This document shows positions 18,874 to 29,376 of a stretch of DNA of 63,014 nucleotides, in pieces (the stretch's first letter is position 1; every line of letters begins with the position of its first letter). Location of the stretch: NCBI GenBank assembly GCA_017434345.1, contig JAFRFM010000039.1:1-63014 (forward strand), read 5' to 3'. Source of the stretch: Candidatus Saccharimonadota bacterium (GTDB taxonomy: Bacteria; Patescibacteriota; Saccharimonadia; Saccharimonadales; Saccharimonadaceae). The notes beneath the pieces were generated by a model that worked only from the letters and a program-made list of their open reading frames with translations, made no database searches and was not told the origin of the DNA. Made by a program: the position numbers and the translations under genes.

Positions 18874-19553
18874 TGGTGAAAACGCTATATATTGTACACG
18901 GCTGGACTTATACTGTAGAGCCATGGAGCAAAACTATACAACTCCTAACGGACGCAGGTTTCCGTATAAAAATGCTCAACGTCCCCGGTCTTACCACAGA
19001 GAGTAAAAAAGTCTGGACTATCGAAGATTATGCCTCTTGGGCCGATAAAAATATCCCAGATGGCGCAGTAGCCCTAGGTCATAGTAACGGCGGACGTATT
19101 CTACTAAACTTACTATCTCAAAATCCAGAGAAACTAAAACACGTCATTCTACTAGATAGTGCCGGCATCTATGAGGAATCAAAAAAACGGAATATTGCAC
19201 GTAAAACTTCTAAACTGTTTGCCCCGCTTAAAAGTGTTAAACCACTCCGCAAGGTTTACCATAAAGTTCTCGGCGCATCGGATTACGACCACGCTCCGGA
19301 AAATATGAAAAAAACTCTCGCGAACATGCTAGACAGCGATAAAAAATTAGATTTTTCAAAGATCACTACTCCTGCGACGATTCTCTGGGGTAAAAACGAT
19401 ACTGTTACTCTTCCTCGTCAGGCCGAAAAGATGCATGACCGTCTAAAAAATAGTACCCTCTCGTTCTACGAGAATTGGACCCATGCTCCTTATATCTGTG
19501 ACCCAAATGGCCTTGCCTGTGCGATTGGTAAAGTACTGAAAGGAATTGAATAA
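18873..19553 (+). CDS. Alpha/beta hydrolase
   Basis: HGW, GHSNGG nucleophile elbow, WG..D and terminal His. Confidence 0.9.
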   Translation: MVKTLYIVHGWTYTVEPWSKTIQLLTDAGFRIKMLNVPGLTTESKKVWTIEDYASWADKNIPDGAVALGHSNGGRILLNLLSQNPEKLKHVILLDSAGIYEESKKRNIARKTSKLFAPLKSVKPLRKVYHKVLGASDYDHAPENMKKTLANMLDSDKKLDFSKITTPATILWGKNDTVTLPRQAEKMHDRLKNSTLSFYENWTHAPYICDPNGLACAIGKVLKGIE

Positions 19554-20660
19554 ATGCTATTCTTAGGACGCGCATCTAATTATAAGGGTATGGATATTTT
19601 AAGGCATACTTTTGCCTTTGGTACGGAAAAAAATTCTGAAGAATTGCGAGCCTACCTTGCCGCACACTATGGAGCTACTTACGACCACGTAGCGCTTTAT
19701 CACAACGGCCGTTCCGCTCTGACGGTTGCCCTGCGCGCGTTAGTTCCAAAGAAATCCGAAGTCGTCGTCACTAGCCTTACCTGTTGCGCGGTAGTTCAAG
19801 CGGTGCGTGCTGCTGGTGCTACGCCAGTCTACGCCGATATTAATCGTGAAACTCTTCACTATGGCCGTGTAGAACTAGAAGAAGTTTTGGAAAATCATGA
19901 TGATGTCTCGGCTATTATCATTCAAAATACCTTAGGCATACCAGTAGATATCGCTGAGCTTGAAGAGGTCTGCAGGGAACACGACATAATTATTATTGAA
20001 GATTTAGCACATTGTGCCGGTGTTCGCTATCCCGACGGTCGTGAGGTCGGTACGGTCGGACGCGCAGCTGCACTATCTTTTGGAAAAGGTAAATCTATTG
20101 ATACGATTTCCGGTGGCGCAGTTATTTTCCTCGACAAAGACGACAAGCCAGTTACTCAACCTAAAAAACGACCGTATTTCTCGGAGACCTTAGCGGACCG
20201 TTGGTATCCTTTTCATGGCCGAATGATTCGCACCTTCTATTATCTCGGATTAGGCAAAATTTTAACTGCAGCTTTATTAAAACTAGGCTGTATTGAACGT
20301 TCTGCTGATTCTAGGCTCTCTACGAAAACTCGCCTTACGCATTGGCAGGCCAAGCTCGCCCTTCGGCAGATTAAGAAATTACCGAAAAAAGGTCGTCCGC
20401 CCTTGCGCGACCACTACTTTGTCGAAGACCGCGATGAGTTATTAAAGAGACTACGGAAACTCGGCTACGTCTTCGACGAAATTTGGTACGACGTCCCAGT
20501 CTCGCCGTCTCGTTATTATAAAAAAATGAACTTTGATGAAGAAGCCTGCCCCGTAGCTACCGAAGTCGCCGATGAGATTATCAATCTACCTACCGGCGTC
20601 AAAAAGTCCGACCTCACAACCGCATATAAAATAATCAAGGAGTATAAAATCGATGAATAG
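19554..20660 (+). CDS. DegT/DnrJ/EryC1/StrS family PLP aminotransferase
   Basis: NGRSAL, IIEDLAH, LSFGKGK...GGA and INLP. Confidence 0.85.
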   Translation: MLFLGRASNYKGMDILRHTFAFGTEKNSEELRAYLAAHYGATYDHVALYHNGRSALTVALRALVPKKSEVVVTSLTCCAVVQAVRAAGATPVYADINRETLHYGRVELEEVLENHDDVSAIIIQNTLGIPVDIAELEEVCREHDIIIIEDLAHCAGVRYPDGREVGTVGRAAALSFGKGKSIDTISGGAVIFLDKDDKPVTQPKKRPYFSETLADRWYPFHGRMIRTFYYLGLGKILTAALLKLGCIERSADSRLSTKTRLTHWQAKLALRQIKKLPKKGRPPLRDHYFVEDRDELLKRLRKLGYVFDEIWYDVPVSPSRYYKKMNFDEEACPVATEVADEIINLPTGVKKSDLTTAYKIIKEYKIDE

Positions 20661-21600
20661 TCCGTACGAATCCGCAAACTTTCTCCAGTCTAAAGACTGG
20701 GCAAAGATGAATAAATTAATTGGCCATAAAGTTTATACTCACCCGTGTTTAATGATAATAAAAGATGCGAAGCGTGGGCGATATCTAGAGGTGCCTGGCG
20801 GGCCATTAATTAATTGGCGTAGCAGAGTTTTAACTGAGAAAGTTTTCAAGGGTATAAAAGCCGTCGCCGAAAAAGAGGAGTGTGTGTTTATCCGTGTGCG
20901 TCCACAACTTTTGGACACTAAAGAAAATCGAGAGCTCTTCGCCTCTTTAGGTTTTCGTATTGCCCCTATGCATCTCCACGCCGAACATACCGTAATTATC
21001 GACTTAGCTCAGGATGAGGAAACTCTGCTCGCGAATATGCGTCGCCAAACTCGTTATGAAGTCAGAAGAAGCATCAAGCAGGGAATTATTGTTGAAAAAA
21101 GTTGCTCGGAAGAGGTATTTAAAGAGTTCCATCAAATCCAGACTGACACCGCCGCTCGTCAACACTTTGTTCCGCCGAGTGAACGTGAGCTCCTTGCCGA
21201 GCACGAAGCTTTTGGCGAGAATGCTGTCATCTATATTGCGAAGACCGCGGAGGACAAAAAGCCAATCGCCTACGGACTTATTCTTAAATCCGGTAATGAG
21301 GCCGATTATTTCGAAGCCGCCTCTACGGAGCTAAATCGTAAACTTCCGGGCGCTTACGCTCTGCAGTGGCAAGTTATGCGTGACTTAAAATCGGAGGGAT
21401 TTAAACGTTATAACCTTTGGGGTATCGCCCCTCCAAATCAACCAAATCACCGTTACGCTAAGGTTACGACCTTTAAGACCGGTTTTGGCGGAGAAATAGT
21501 AACCTATCTTCCGGCGCACGACCTAGTTCTAAGCCCTAAAAAATATAAATTAAATCTACTTGTCGAAACTATTCGCAAGAAAAAACGCCACCTATCTTAG
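20653..21600 (+). CDS. FemABX/MurM-type peptidoglycan bridge peptidyltransferase
   Basis: FLQS..W, GGP, T.IIDL, YNLWGI and FK.GFGG. Confidence 0.9.
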   Translation: MNSPYESANFLQSKDWAKMNKLIGHKVYTHPCLMIIKDAKRGRYLEVPGGPLINWRSRVLTEKVFKGIKAVAEKEECVFIRVRPQLLDTKENRELFASLGFRIAPMHLHAEHTVIIDLAQDEETLLANMRRQTRYEVRRSIKQGIIVEKSCSEEVFKEFHQIQTDTAARQHFVPPSERELLAEHEAFGENAVIYIAKTAEDKKPIAYGLILKSGNEADYFEAASTELNRKLPGAYALQWQVMRDLKSEGFKRYNLWGIAPPNQPNHRYAKVTTFKTGFGGEIVTYLPAHDLVLSPKKYKLNLLVETIRKKKRHLS

Positions 21601-21609
21601 GAGAATATC

Positions 21610-22626
21610 ATGAGAATTATTAACGCTACCGATAAAAAAACTTGGGATAAATTCATTACTAGTCACGAAGAAGCCAACTTCTTACAATCTTGGGACTTCT
21701 ATGAGTTCCACATTAATCGTGGTCTCGAAGTGGTCCGTAGAATTGCGATAGAGGATAAAAAAATCATCGGAGCCTACGCCGGAGTTGTTGAACACGCTAA
21801 GCGCGGACGCCATCTAGCGGTTGCCGGCGGTCCGATTTTAGATTGGAACAATCAGGAACTAGTTTCAAAGATTTTTGACGATATGAAATTTCAGGGGGAG
21901 AAAAATGATTGTGTTTTCGTGCGTGTTCGTCCGCAACTTACACTTTCTCAGAGGTCGGAAGAAATTTTCCATAGCCACGGGCTTAAAAAAGCTCCAATGT
22001 ATCTTTCGGTTGAATATGCTGGAATTCTCGATCTTACAAAATCAGAGGAAGAAATATTAAAAGGTATGCGCCAGCGCCTGCGTCGCGCACTTAGGAAAGC
22101 AAAAAAGAATAACATTACCGTCGAAACTTCTACCGACCCTAAGGATATAAAAACTTTTTACGAAATTCAGCTTCAAACCGCCAAGCGACATGATTTTGTT
22201 AGCTTCTCCGAGGACTTCCTAGAAAAACAATTTGCCGCTTTCGCCCCTAATAACGAGGCTGTTTTATATACCGCAAAATATAACGGAGAAATTCTTGCCC
22301 AGAATTTTATGATTTTTTATGGAAATGAGGCTTCTTATCATTATGGCGTATCAAGCGAGCTGGGCACGAAGCTCTCCGGTGCACCACTTCTTCATATGTA
22401 TGCCATGGACGACGCTAGGAAACGCGGTATTAAACGTTATAATTTTTGGGGGATTGTTGACGAGGATGACACTGAACATCGTTTCTACGGCGTCTCACAG
22501 TTTAAACGTGGTTTTGGTGTTGAAGAATTGAAATATCTACCTGCACATGACCTAATAATAAAACCGCTAAAGTATCAAAAAACTAAGATTATCGAATCTA
22601 TCCGTCGTAAATATCGCCACGTCTAA
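21610..22626 (+). CDS. FemABX/MurM-type peptidoglycan bridge peptidyltransferase (second copy)
   Basis: FLQSW, GGPILD, YHYG, YNFWGI and FKRGFG. Confidence 0.9.
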   Translation: MRIINATDKKTWDKFITSHEEANFLQSWDFYEFHINRGLEVVRRIAIEDKKIIGAYAGVVEHAKRGRHLAVAGGPILDWNNQELVSKIFDDMKFQGEKNDCVFVRVRPQLTLSQRSEEIFHSHGLKKAPMYLSVEYAGILDLTKSEEEILKGMRQRLRRALRKAKKNNITVETSTDPKDIKTFYEIQLQTAKRHDFVSFSEDFLEKQFAAFAPNNEAVLYTAKYNGEILAQNFMIFYGNEASYHYGVSSELGTKLSGAPLLHMYAMDDARKRGIKRYNFWGIVDEDDTEHRFYGVSQFKRGFGVEELKYLPAHDLIIKPLKYQKTKIIESIRRKYRHV

Positions 22627-22665
22627 ATGTTTATGCTATAATGGTACTAGAAATAGGAGATTTTT

Positions 22666-23301
22666 ATGGCAAATAGACGTAAATATATTGAAAGCCACTG
22701 GTTAGTTTTTGTATTCCAGGGTATTATCGGACTACTTTTCGGCTGGTTCGTAATGTTTACAGGAACTTCTAATGTTTCTACTCTCGTTACGATAGTCGCG
22801 GTCACCCTATTACTACTCGGCATCGTCGATGCCTTTAACTTATTGTACCGTAAGCGTCGTCAGCATGCTTGGGGGCTAACCGTTGTTGTAGCTGTCATCG
22901 AGATTGCGGTTTCTTTAGCGTTACTGTTGACGATTAATCAAAATTACGCCTGGCATCTCGCAATTATCGCCATCTACACGATTTGTCGCGGCGTCTTTGA
23001 TATTCTTATCGGTCTCCGGTCGCTCACCGACCCTACCGACCGCTTCATGTATGTAGTCTGCGGTATGTGTGGTGTAATTTTAGGTTTCGTGATTTTAAAT
23101 TCCGGGCAGTTTACCGAAACTACTACTTTTATTAAGTTTTTCGGCACCTACATGATGATCTACGGTCTTACGAACCTTATCTACGGTATTCATAATAAAA
23201 ATGAACTTAGCGAACAACGAGAGCATAAACGCCTTCTCGCTAAGCAGTACCGCCTGCGTAAAAAACTATCCGCTAAAAAATCGCCTAAGAAAAAGAGCTA
23301 A
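22666..23301 (+). CDS. HdeD/DUF308 family membrane protein
   Basis: Six TM helices in two repeats with a basic tail. Confidence 0.7.
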   Translation: MANRRKYIESHWLVFVFQGIIGLLFGWFVMFTGTSNVSTLVTIVAVTLLLLGIVDAFNLLYRKRRQHAWGLTVVVAVIEIAVSLALLLTINQNYAWHLAIIAIYTICRGVFDILIGLRSLTDPTDRFMYVVCGMCGVILGFVILNSGQFTETTTFIKFFGTYMMIYGLTNLIYGIHNKNELSEQREHKRLLAKQYRLRKKLSAKKSPKKKS

Positions 23302-23355
23302 TAAGTTGCGCTCTAGTCGCACCCTATGTTATAATAAAATCTCAAGGAGGAACCT

Positions 23356-24234
23356 ATGAATTATAAAATCCCTACTAAAGCTATTATCACCGACGCTGGC
23401 TTCGCTAGTCGTTATCTACCAATTACTCAAACTATCCCTAAGGCTATGTTACCGCTTGGCAACCGCCCGATTATGCAGCTCGTAGTCGAAGAATGTGCCG
23501 CAGCTGGCATAGAGGAAATTATCATTGTGGCTACCCATGAAGGTAAGCCGATCTATGAAGATTACTTCAATAATTCCGTAAACCGTATTCGTAAACAGCT
23601 CGCCGCCCAGGGTAAAGAAGATCGCTACGCCCCGATCCAGAAGGTGCTAGATTTTCCGAAAATCACCGTTATTGAACAAGACCCGGCCTACCCTTATGGT
23701 AACGGCTCGCCAATCGCTTCTGCTCGTAAGTTTATCAACGATGATGAAGCCTTTGTAATCGCCTACTCCGACGACGTTGTCTTCGGCAGCTCTGATATGA
23801 AGACTCTTATTGAGTCTTATAAGAAACACGATGATGCTAAGGCGATTATCATTTCTCAAGAAATGCCGAAAGAAGTTCTTGACAAATATAGCATTATTCA
23901 ACTCGCCGATCAAGATAAGATGACTCTTGACCATATCGTAGAGAAACCAAATATCGAAGATGCACCAAGTAACCTTACTTCCTATGGACGTTATCTCGTT
24001 ACTCCGGAAATCTTTGAACACCTTGACCCTAGAAACACTGGTCTAGACGGTGAGCTATGGACTGTTGATGCTATTACGAAGATGGCTGAGTCTGGCAATG
24101 TCTATGTAGAGAAGACTGAAGGCGAGTGGATGACTACTGGCGACCCGAAGAACTACTTTATGGCACACTTAAAGTATACCTTAGATAACGAAGATTTCGC
24201 CGACGATATTCGCGAATTTATTAAGACTCATTAG
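23356..24234 (+). CDS. galU: UTP--glucose-1-phosphate uridylyltransferase-like nucleotidyltransferase
   Basis: KAII..AG..SR.LP.T..IPK.MLP, IVEKP....APSNL...GRY and GEL...DAI. Confidence 0.8.
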   Translation: MNYKIPTKAIITDAGFASRYLPITQTIPKAMLPLGNRPIMQLVVEECAAAGIEEIIIVATHEGKPIYEDYFNNSVNRIRKQLAAQGKEDRYAPIQKVLDFPKITVIEQDPAYPYGNGSPIASARKFINDDEAFVIAYSDDVVFGSSDMKTLIESYKKHDDAKAIIISQEMPKEVLDKYSIIQLADQDKMTLDHIVEKPNIEDAPSNLTSYGRYLVTPEIFEHLDPRNTGLDGELWTVDAITKMAESGNVYVEKTEGEWMTTGDPKNYFMAHLKYTLDNEDFADDIREFIKTH

Positions 24235-24246
24235 GGAGAATAGACA

Positions 24247-24504
24247 ATGAATACTGCGGAGTGGATTATTGTTTGTATTCTTTCAGTTACGCTTTTTGTA
24301 TTCCTAGTTTGCGGGATTGTGCTTATTATTAAGCTGATAAAACTCGTAAACGGAGCAAAAGAAATCGTTGACACCGCTAAATCAGTTGCTGATAAGGCGG
24401 ATAATATTGCTAAGAAGGTGAGCGCCGCTACAAGTATGGCGAATATTGCAAACCTTATAAAAAGGCGCTATAATAAAAGTCAAGAAGAAAGTAATAAAAC
24501 ATAG
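24247..24504 (+). CDS. Small membrane protein (DUF948-like coiled coil)
   Basis: N-terminal TM plus helical tail; upstream of a YtxH-like gene. Confidence 0.55.
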   Translation: MNTAEWIIVCILSVTLFVFLVCGIVLIIKLIKLVNGAKEIVDTAKSVADKADNIAKKVSAATSMANIANLIKRRYNKSQEESNKT

Positions 24505-24519
24505 AAAGGTAAAAAACAA

Positions 24520-24810
24520 ATGGCAAAAAAAGGATTTTTTCTCGGAGCGGCACTCGGAGCAGTTGCTGGTGCGGTAGCAGGTATTTTGACAGCTCCGCAA
24601 TCTGGCGAAAAAACTAGAAAAGATCTAGAAAGAAAAGGCAAACAAGCCCTTCGTACCGGGAAAACCGAGGCGAAAAAAGCTGCTCGCACCGTAGGAAAAA
24701 CGGCCAACCAAGCCAAGCGTCAAGGCAAGCGTGTCGCCGCCTCGGCAAAACGCGTCGGCAATGCCACGAAAAAGGCTACTCAGCGCGAAATCAACAGATA
24801 TCGCAAGTAG
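24520..24810 (+). CDS. YtxH domain protein
   Basis: FFLGAALGAVAGAVAGILTAPQSGEKTRKDL. Confidence 0.88.
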   Translation: MAKKGFFLGAALGAVAGAVAGILTAPQSGEKTRKDLERKGKQALRTGKTEAKKAARTVGKTANQAKRQGKRVAASAKRVGNATKKATQREINRYRK

Positions 24811-24828
24811 TTGTGCTATAATATATAT

Positions 24829-27800
24829 ATGCCGGAGGTAAAATTATCAAAAATTTCCGAAAAACCAGACGGGTCGGATCTGACTCCCGCTGATTTTGTG
24901 CATCTACATAATCACACACACTATTCTTTACTTGACGGTCTGACAAAAGTCCCCGATTTAATTGACTTTGTTAAATCTTCTGGTATGGAAGCCGTCGCCG
25001 TCACCGACCACGGTACTATGTGTGGTCTCGTAGAATTATATAAAGTCGCCTATGATAACGATATAAAACCGATACTCGGCCTAGAGGCTTATGTTGCCGC
25101 GCGCAAACTTACGGATAAAGATCCTGCCCATGACAAAGAGCGTGTTCATATTACTCTGCTCGCCATGAATGAAAAAGTCTATGAAAACCTCTGTCGTCTT
25201 GCGACCGAATCCGAGCTACATGGTATGTATTATAAGCCTCGTATCGACCATGAATTGATGGAAAAATATAACGAGGGTATTATTTGTTTGTCCGGCTGTG
25301 CTAGTTCTGAAATCTCAGTTAATCTAAAAGAAGGAAATTATCAAAAAGCTAGGGAGCTAGTTGATTGGTATTCTAAAATTTACAAAGATCGTTTCTACCT
25401 AGAAATGCAGGACCACGGCCACCCAGATTCCCCTACGCACTGGGAAGTTCAAAAACGTATTAACGAAGGATTACAGAAACTCGCGAAAGAAACCGGATTA
25501 CCACTAGTCGTCACCTGCGATGGTCACTATCTTAAGCACGAAGACCGCGACGCACACGAAATCTTACTCTGTGTCGGTACTGCGAGCAATCTCTCCGACC
25601 CTAACCGTATGTCCCTAAAAGACTTTGAGCTACACGTCATCCCACCAGATCAGATTATCGAGCGTTGGGGTAAAGATTTTCCAGAGGCAATTAGGAATAC
25701 TAAACGTATTGCCGAGCGTTGTAATGTCGATTTGCAGCTCGGGCGAATTTTAATCCCGAAGTTTCCGGGTATTCCTGACGGAGACGATGAAAAATCATAT
25801 CTTGACAAACTGGTATTTCGTGGTCTAGTATTTAGGTACGGCGGAAAAACCGAAGAAGAAGCAAAAGATCTATCCGTAGAAGAATGTCGGAGATTATTGC
25901 CGGATAAGGTTCTAGAGCGTATTGACTATGAATTGTCAGTCGTCGATAAAATGGGCTATAACGGCTCTTTCCTAATTGTCCAATACTTCATTAACTGGGG
26001 TAAGAAAAAACGTATTGTCTATGGGCCAGGGCGTGGTTCGGCCGCCGGTTCGATTTTAGCCTATGCCCTACGTATTACCGAGCTAGACCCTCTAAAATAC
26101 GACCTGCTCTTCGAACGTTTCCTAAATCCCGATCGTATCTCCATGCCCGATATCGATACCGACATCCAAGATACTCGTCGTGATGAAGTTATTCAATATT
26201 GTACCGATAAATATGGCCGCGGTCGCGTTTCAAACATCGTTACTTTCGGCAAAATGATGGCGAAAAATGCCGTACGTGATGTAGCACGCGTATTGGAAGT
26301 TCCGTATGCCGAATCTGATCGTATCGCTAAGCTCGTCCCTGACCCAGTCATGGGACATCACGTTAAGCTCACTGAGGCCATTGAAAAGGTTCCAGATTTA
26401 AGGCACGAGTATGCGACTAACCCTACTGCTAAAGATGTTATTGATTACGCCGCGAAGCTCGAAGGCACAATTAGAAGCCATGGCGTCCACGCCTGCGGCG
26501 TTATTATCGCCCCTGATGATTTAGTAAAGTTCCTCCCTCTAGAGGTGGCTAAGAAAAAAGGAACTGGCGGCGAGGAAGTCCTATCTGCCCAATTCCCGAT
26601 GACTCAAGTCGAAGAACTAGGTCTGCTCAAGATGGATTTTCTCGGTCTTTCTAACCTCTCCGTGATTAATAATGCTTTGCGTATGATACGTAAAGTCTAT
26701 GGCGACGACCTCGATATGTATTCCGTACCACTAGACGATAAACCAACCTATGAGCTCTTGCAGCGCGCCGAAACTACCGGTGTATTCCAGCTTGAATCTG
26801 GCGGTATGAAGAAATATTTACGCGACCTCCAGGCTTCCACATTTGAAGATATGATCGCTATGGTAGCCTTATATCGCCCTGGTCCGATGCAGTTTATCGA
26901 CAGCTTTATTCGTCGCAAACATGGCAAAGAGCCGATTACTTACCTCCACCCCGGCCTAGAGGAGGCCCTAAAACCTACCTACGGTATTTTAATTTACCAG
27001 GAACAGTTCATGCAGATTTCGAGAACATGGTGCGGCTTTACTGGCGGCCAATCTGATACTCTACGTAAGGCTGTAGGTAAGAAAAAAGTTGACCTGATGA
27101 ATAAGTTGAAGCCGCAATTTATCGAAGGCGCAGTGAAAATTGGTGGTGCTACCGAAGAAATCGCCGAAACTTTCTGGAACCAACTCCTCGACTTCGCTAA
27201 CTACAGTTTTAATAAGTCCCACGCTGCGCGCTACGCCCTAATTGCTTACTGGACGGCCTACCTGAAGGCTCACTACCCGGATGCTTTTATGGCGGCACTG
27301 ATGACTTCTGACATGCGTTGGACTGATCGTCTCGCCATCGAGATCTCCGAGTGCAAGCACATGGGAATTAAGGTACTTGGGCCGGATATCAATCAGTCAT
27401 ACGGTGATTTTGGCATCGTTAAAGGAGAAAAGACTATTCGCTTCGGCCTTTCCGGCATTAAGTCTATGGGTAAAGCGCTTGTAGAAGAGGAAGTTATTCC
27501 GGAACGTGATAAGAACGGCCCCTTTAAGTCTGTCTATGATTTTGCTAAGCGTGTCAACGCCTCAAAATTCAATAAACGCTCTTGGGAAGCTGCAATAAAA
27601 ACCGGTGCCTTCGATAGTTTCAAGGAAAAAGATAAAGAAAAAGGCGTTTACCGCTCCGAGCTACTCTTTAACCTAGAGTCAATACAAGGCTACGGTAATA
27701 AAGTTCAAAAGGATACTTCCTCTGGGCAGACTGATTTGTTCGGCGCTTTCGGTGCAGCCGGTGAAATTCCCGAGCCAGAGCTAAAACCTGCTCCAGTTTC

Positions 27801-28656
27801 TATGTCTGAAAAAGAGATGCTGCTAAATGAACGCGATTTAATGGGCCTATACCTTTCTTCGCATCCGCTCGATAAATATGATGATTATTTTGAAGAACAG
27901 ACGCATCCTTTTAGTCTAATTACTCCAGAAAACAACAATAAAATTATAACCATCGGCGGTATCATCACCGACGTTCGTACTATTATTACTAAAAAAGGTG
28001 ATAAGATGGCATTTGTAAAAATCGAAAGCAAATCCGCCGAGCAAGAAATCATTGCCTTCCCGAATGTCTTTGCTGAATCCGGCGCAAAATTAGTTGTTGA
28101 TAATGTGGTCAGGGTTACCGGAAAAATTAACGCCACTGACCAAAGTGGAAATATCACTTCCGATATAAAAATTCTTGCCGAGTCGGTTGAGCCCGTGTCC
28201 GATGAAATATTGAACAATTACCACTCGACCGGCACCAAGCTCCCCGCCCCAGTCTCCGCCCCGCCACGTAATAGCAGAAACGGCCGACGCGCTTTTCGTG
28301 GGAGTAGCAGCGTGCCGTCAAGCGTGCGCGAGTTACGACGAGCGCAGCCAGCGAGCCCCGTAACGACGGGCGCGAGCGCCGCGGGCTTGGCGGCATCTGC
28401 TGCTCCTGGGGAAAGCGCGTCGGCTGTTTCTACCAGTCGCCTCTTCTGTTTGATTAACGATCCGAATGATGCCGACACATTGTCGGAAATCAAACACCTC
28501 TGCGACCTCCACCCTGGGCCTCAGGAAATTATTCTCGTTCTTGCTGAAAATGGCGAGAAGCGTCCGCTAAAGATGCCATTTAAGGTGTCCGCCGATGATG
28601 AACTTACTGCTCCTCTAGAGAAACTTCTCGGCAAAGACTGCGTAAAGCTAGTATAG
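24829..28656 (+). CDS. dnaE: DNA polymerase III alpha subunit
   Basis: HLHNHTHYSLLDG PHP domain, GPGRGSAAGS, SMPDID.D and OB fold; start at ATG 24829. Confidence 0.97.
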   Translation: MPEVKLSKISEKPDGSDLTPADFVHLHNHTHYSLLDGLTKVPDLIDFVKSSGMEAVAVTDHGTMCGLVELYKVAYDNDIKPILGLEAYVAARKLTDKDPAHDKERVHITLLAMNEKVYENLCRLATESELHGMYYKPRIDHELMEKYNEGIICLSGCASSEISVNLKEGNYQKARELVDWYSKIYKDRFYLEMQDHGHPDSPTHWEVQKRINEGLQKLAKETGLPLVVTCDGHYLKHEDRDAHEILLCVGTASNLSDPNRMSLKDFELHVIPPDQIIERWGKDFPEAIRNTKRIAERCNVDLQLGRILIPKFPGIPDGDDEKSYLDKLVFRGLVFRYGGKTEEEAKDLSVEECRRLLPDKVLERIDYELSVVDKMGYNGSFLIVQYFINWGKKKRIVYGPGRGSAAGSILAYALRITELDPLKYDLLFERFLNPDRISMPDIDTDIQDTRRDEVIQYCTDKYGRGRVSNIVTFGKMMAKNAVRDVARVLEVPYAESDRIAKLVPDPVMGHHVKLTEAIEKVPDLRHEYATNPTAKDVIDYAAKLEGTIRSHGVHACGVIIAPDDLVKFLPLEVAKKKGTGGEEVLSAQFPMTQVEELGLLKMDFLGLSNLSVINNALRMIRKVYGDDLDMYSVPLDDKPTYELLQRAETTGVFQLESGGMKKYLRDLQASTFEDMIAMVALYRPGPMQFIDSFIRRKHGKEPITYLHPGLEEALKPTYGILIYQEQFMQISRTWCGFTGGQSDTLRKAVGKKKVDLMNKLKPQFIEGAVKIGGATEEIAETFWNQLLDFANYSFNKSHAARYALIAYWTAYLKAHYPDAFMAALMTSDMRWTDRLAIEISECKHMGIKVLGPDINQSYGDFGIVKGEKTIRFGLSGIKSMGKALVEEEVIPERDKNGPFKSVYDFAKRVNASKFNKRSWEAAIKTGAFDSFKEKDKEKGVYRSELLFNLESIQGYGNKVQKDTSSGQTDLFGAFGAAGEIPEPELKPAPVSMSEKEMLLNERDLMGLYLSSHPLDKYDDYFEEQTHPFSLITPENNNKIITIGGIITDVRTIITKKGDKMAFVKIESKSAEQEIIAFPNVFAESGAKLVVDNVVRVTGKINATDQSGNITSDIKILAESVEPVSDEILNNYHSTGTKLPAPVSAPPRNSRNGRRAFRGSSSVPSSVRELRRAQPASPVTTGASAAGLAASAAPGESASAVSTSRLFCLINDPNDADTLSEIKHLCDLHPGPQEIILVLAENGEKRPLKMPFKVSADDELTAPLEKLLGKDCVKLV
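28272..28435. repeat. Fold-back element copy C, in-frame within dnaE
   Basis: Arms 28272-28323 and 28385-28435 around a core with CCCGT-AACG-ACGGG; GC-rich island in the gene. Confidence 0.85.
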
Positions 28657-28763
28657 ATTGACTTATTTAGCATATAGTGGTATAATAGAAATATGGGCTA
28701 GGCTCACACCACACACCGTGAGCTAGACAGGTTACTTTACAACAGTAGTGCAAGGAGGTTTTT

Positions 28764-29339
28764 ATGGAACAGCAGATGGACAAGGGACTTGGAACTATTA
28801 ACAAGCACAAATTCGGTTTTCTACCGCTTTTCGATCGTCAGGAGTTTTTCGGCCCGGCAGTTCGGATTGACGCATCCGCCTTCGGCGGTTACACTTTCCG
28901 GGAGATTAATGACCAGGACGAAGAAGAGCTCTCGCTCTATTTCGAGGCTTGCGACTTCGTCGATGACTCCACGGAAAATTTGCCCGTAGAGGACCATGTC
29001 GTCGGCGTCGTTTATCTGGAGACTGGTGGGACAAAAGAGATTTTGGCTCGGAGAGTTGAAGACAGGGAACTGAAAGACGGTTATACTGTCCTCCCGATTA
29101 TCTTTAACGCGGCATTTCGTCGTGACTTCGACGACATCCTAGATGAAATCCTAGACGAGCCGATGTATATTTACATCGAGCCTCGTGAGGTCTTCGGCGG
29201 GACTATCCTCCGTGCGGTACGCTCGGACATCTTCTGGGAGGGGGACGACCAGGAGCGTTTCAAGATCGAGATGCTCAGACACTATAGGCGAGATTACGAC
29301 GACGCCAACCCCGGCGTCGTAATTAACATTGTAACCTAA
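28764..29339 (+). CDS. Hypothetical acidic protein (ORFan cassette)
   Basis: 191-aa ORF with TTGACT/TATAAT promoter, AAGGAGG SD and terminator at about 29351-29377. Confidence 0.75.
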   Translation: MEQQMDKGLGTINKHKFGFLPLFDRQEFFGPAVRIDASAFGGYTFREINDQDEEELSLYFEACDFVDDSTENLPVEDHVVGVVYLETGGTKEILARRVEDRELKDGYTVLPIIFNAAFRRDFDDILDEILDEPMYIYIEPREVFGGTILRAVRSDIFWEGDDQERFKIEMLRHYRRDYDDANPGVVINIVT

Positions 29340-29376
29340 CAAACCCACTCGGGTCGGAAGAAATTCCGGCCCTTTT

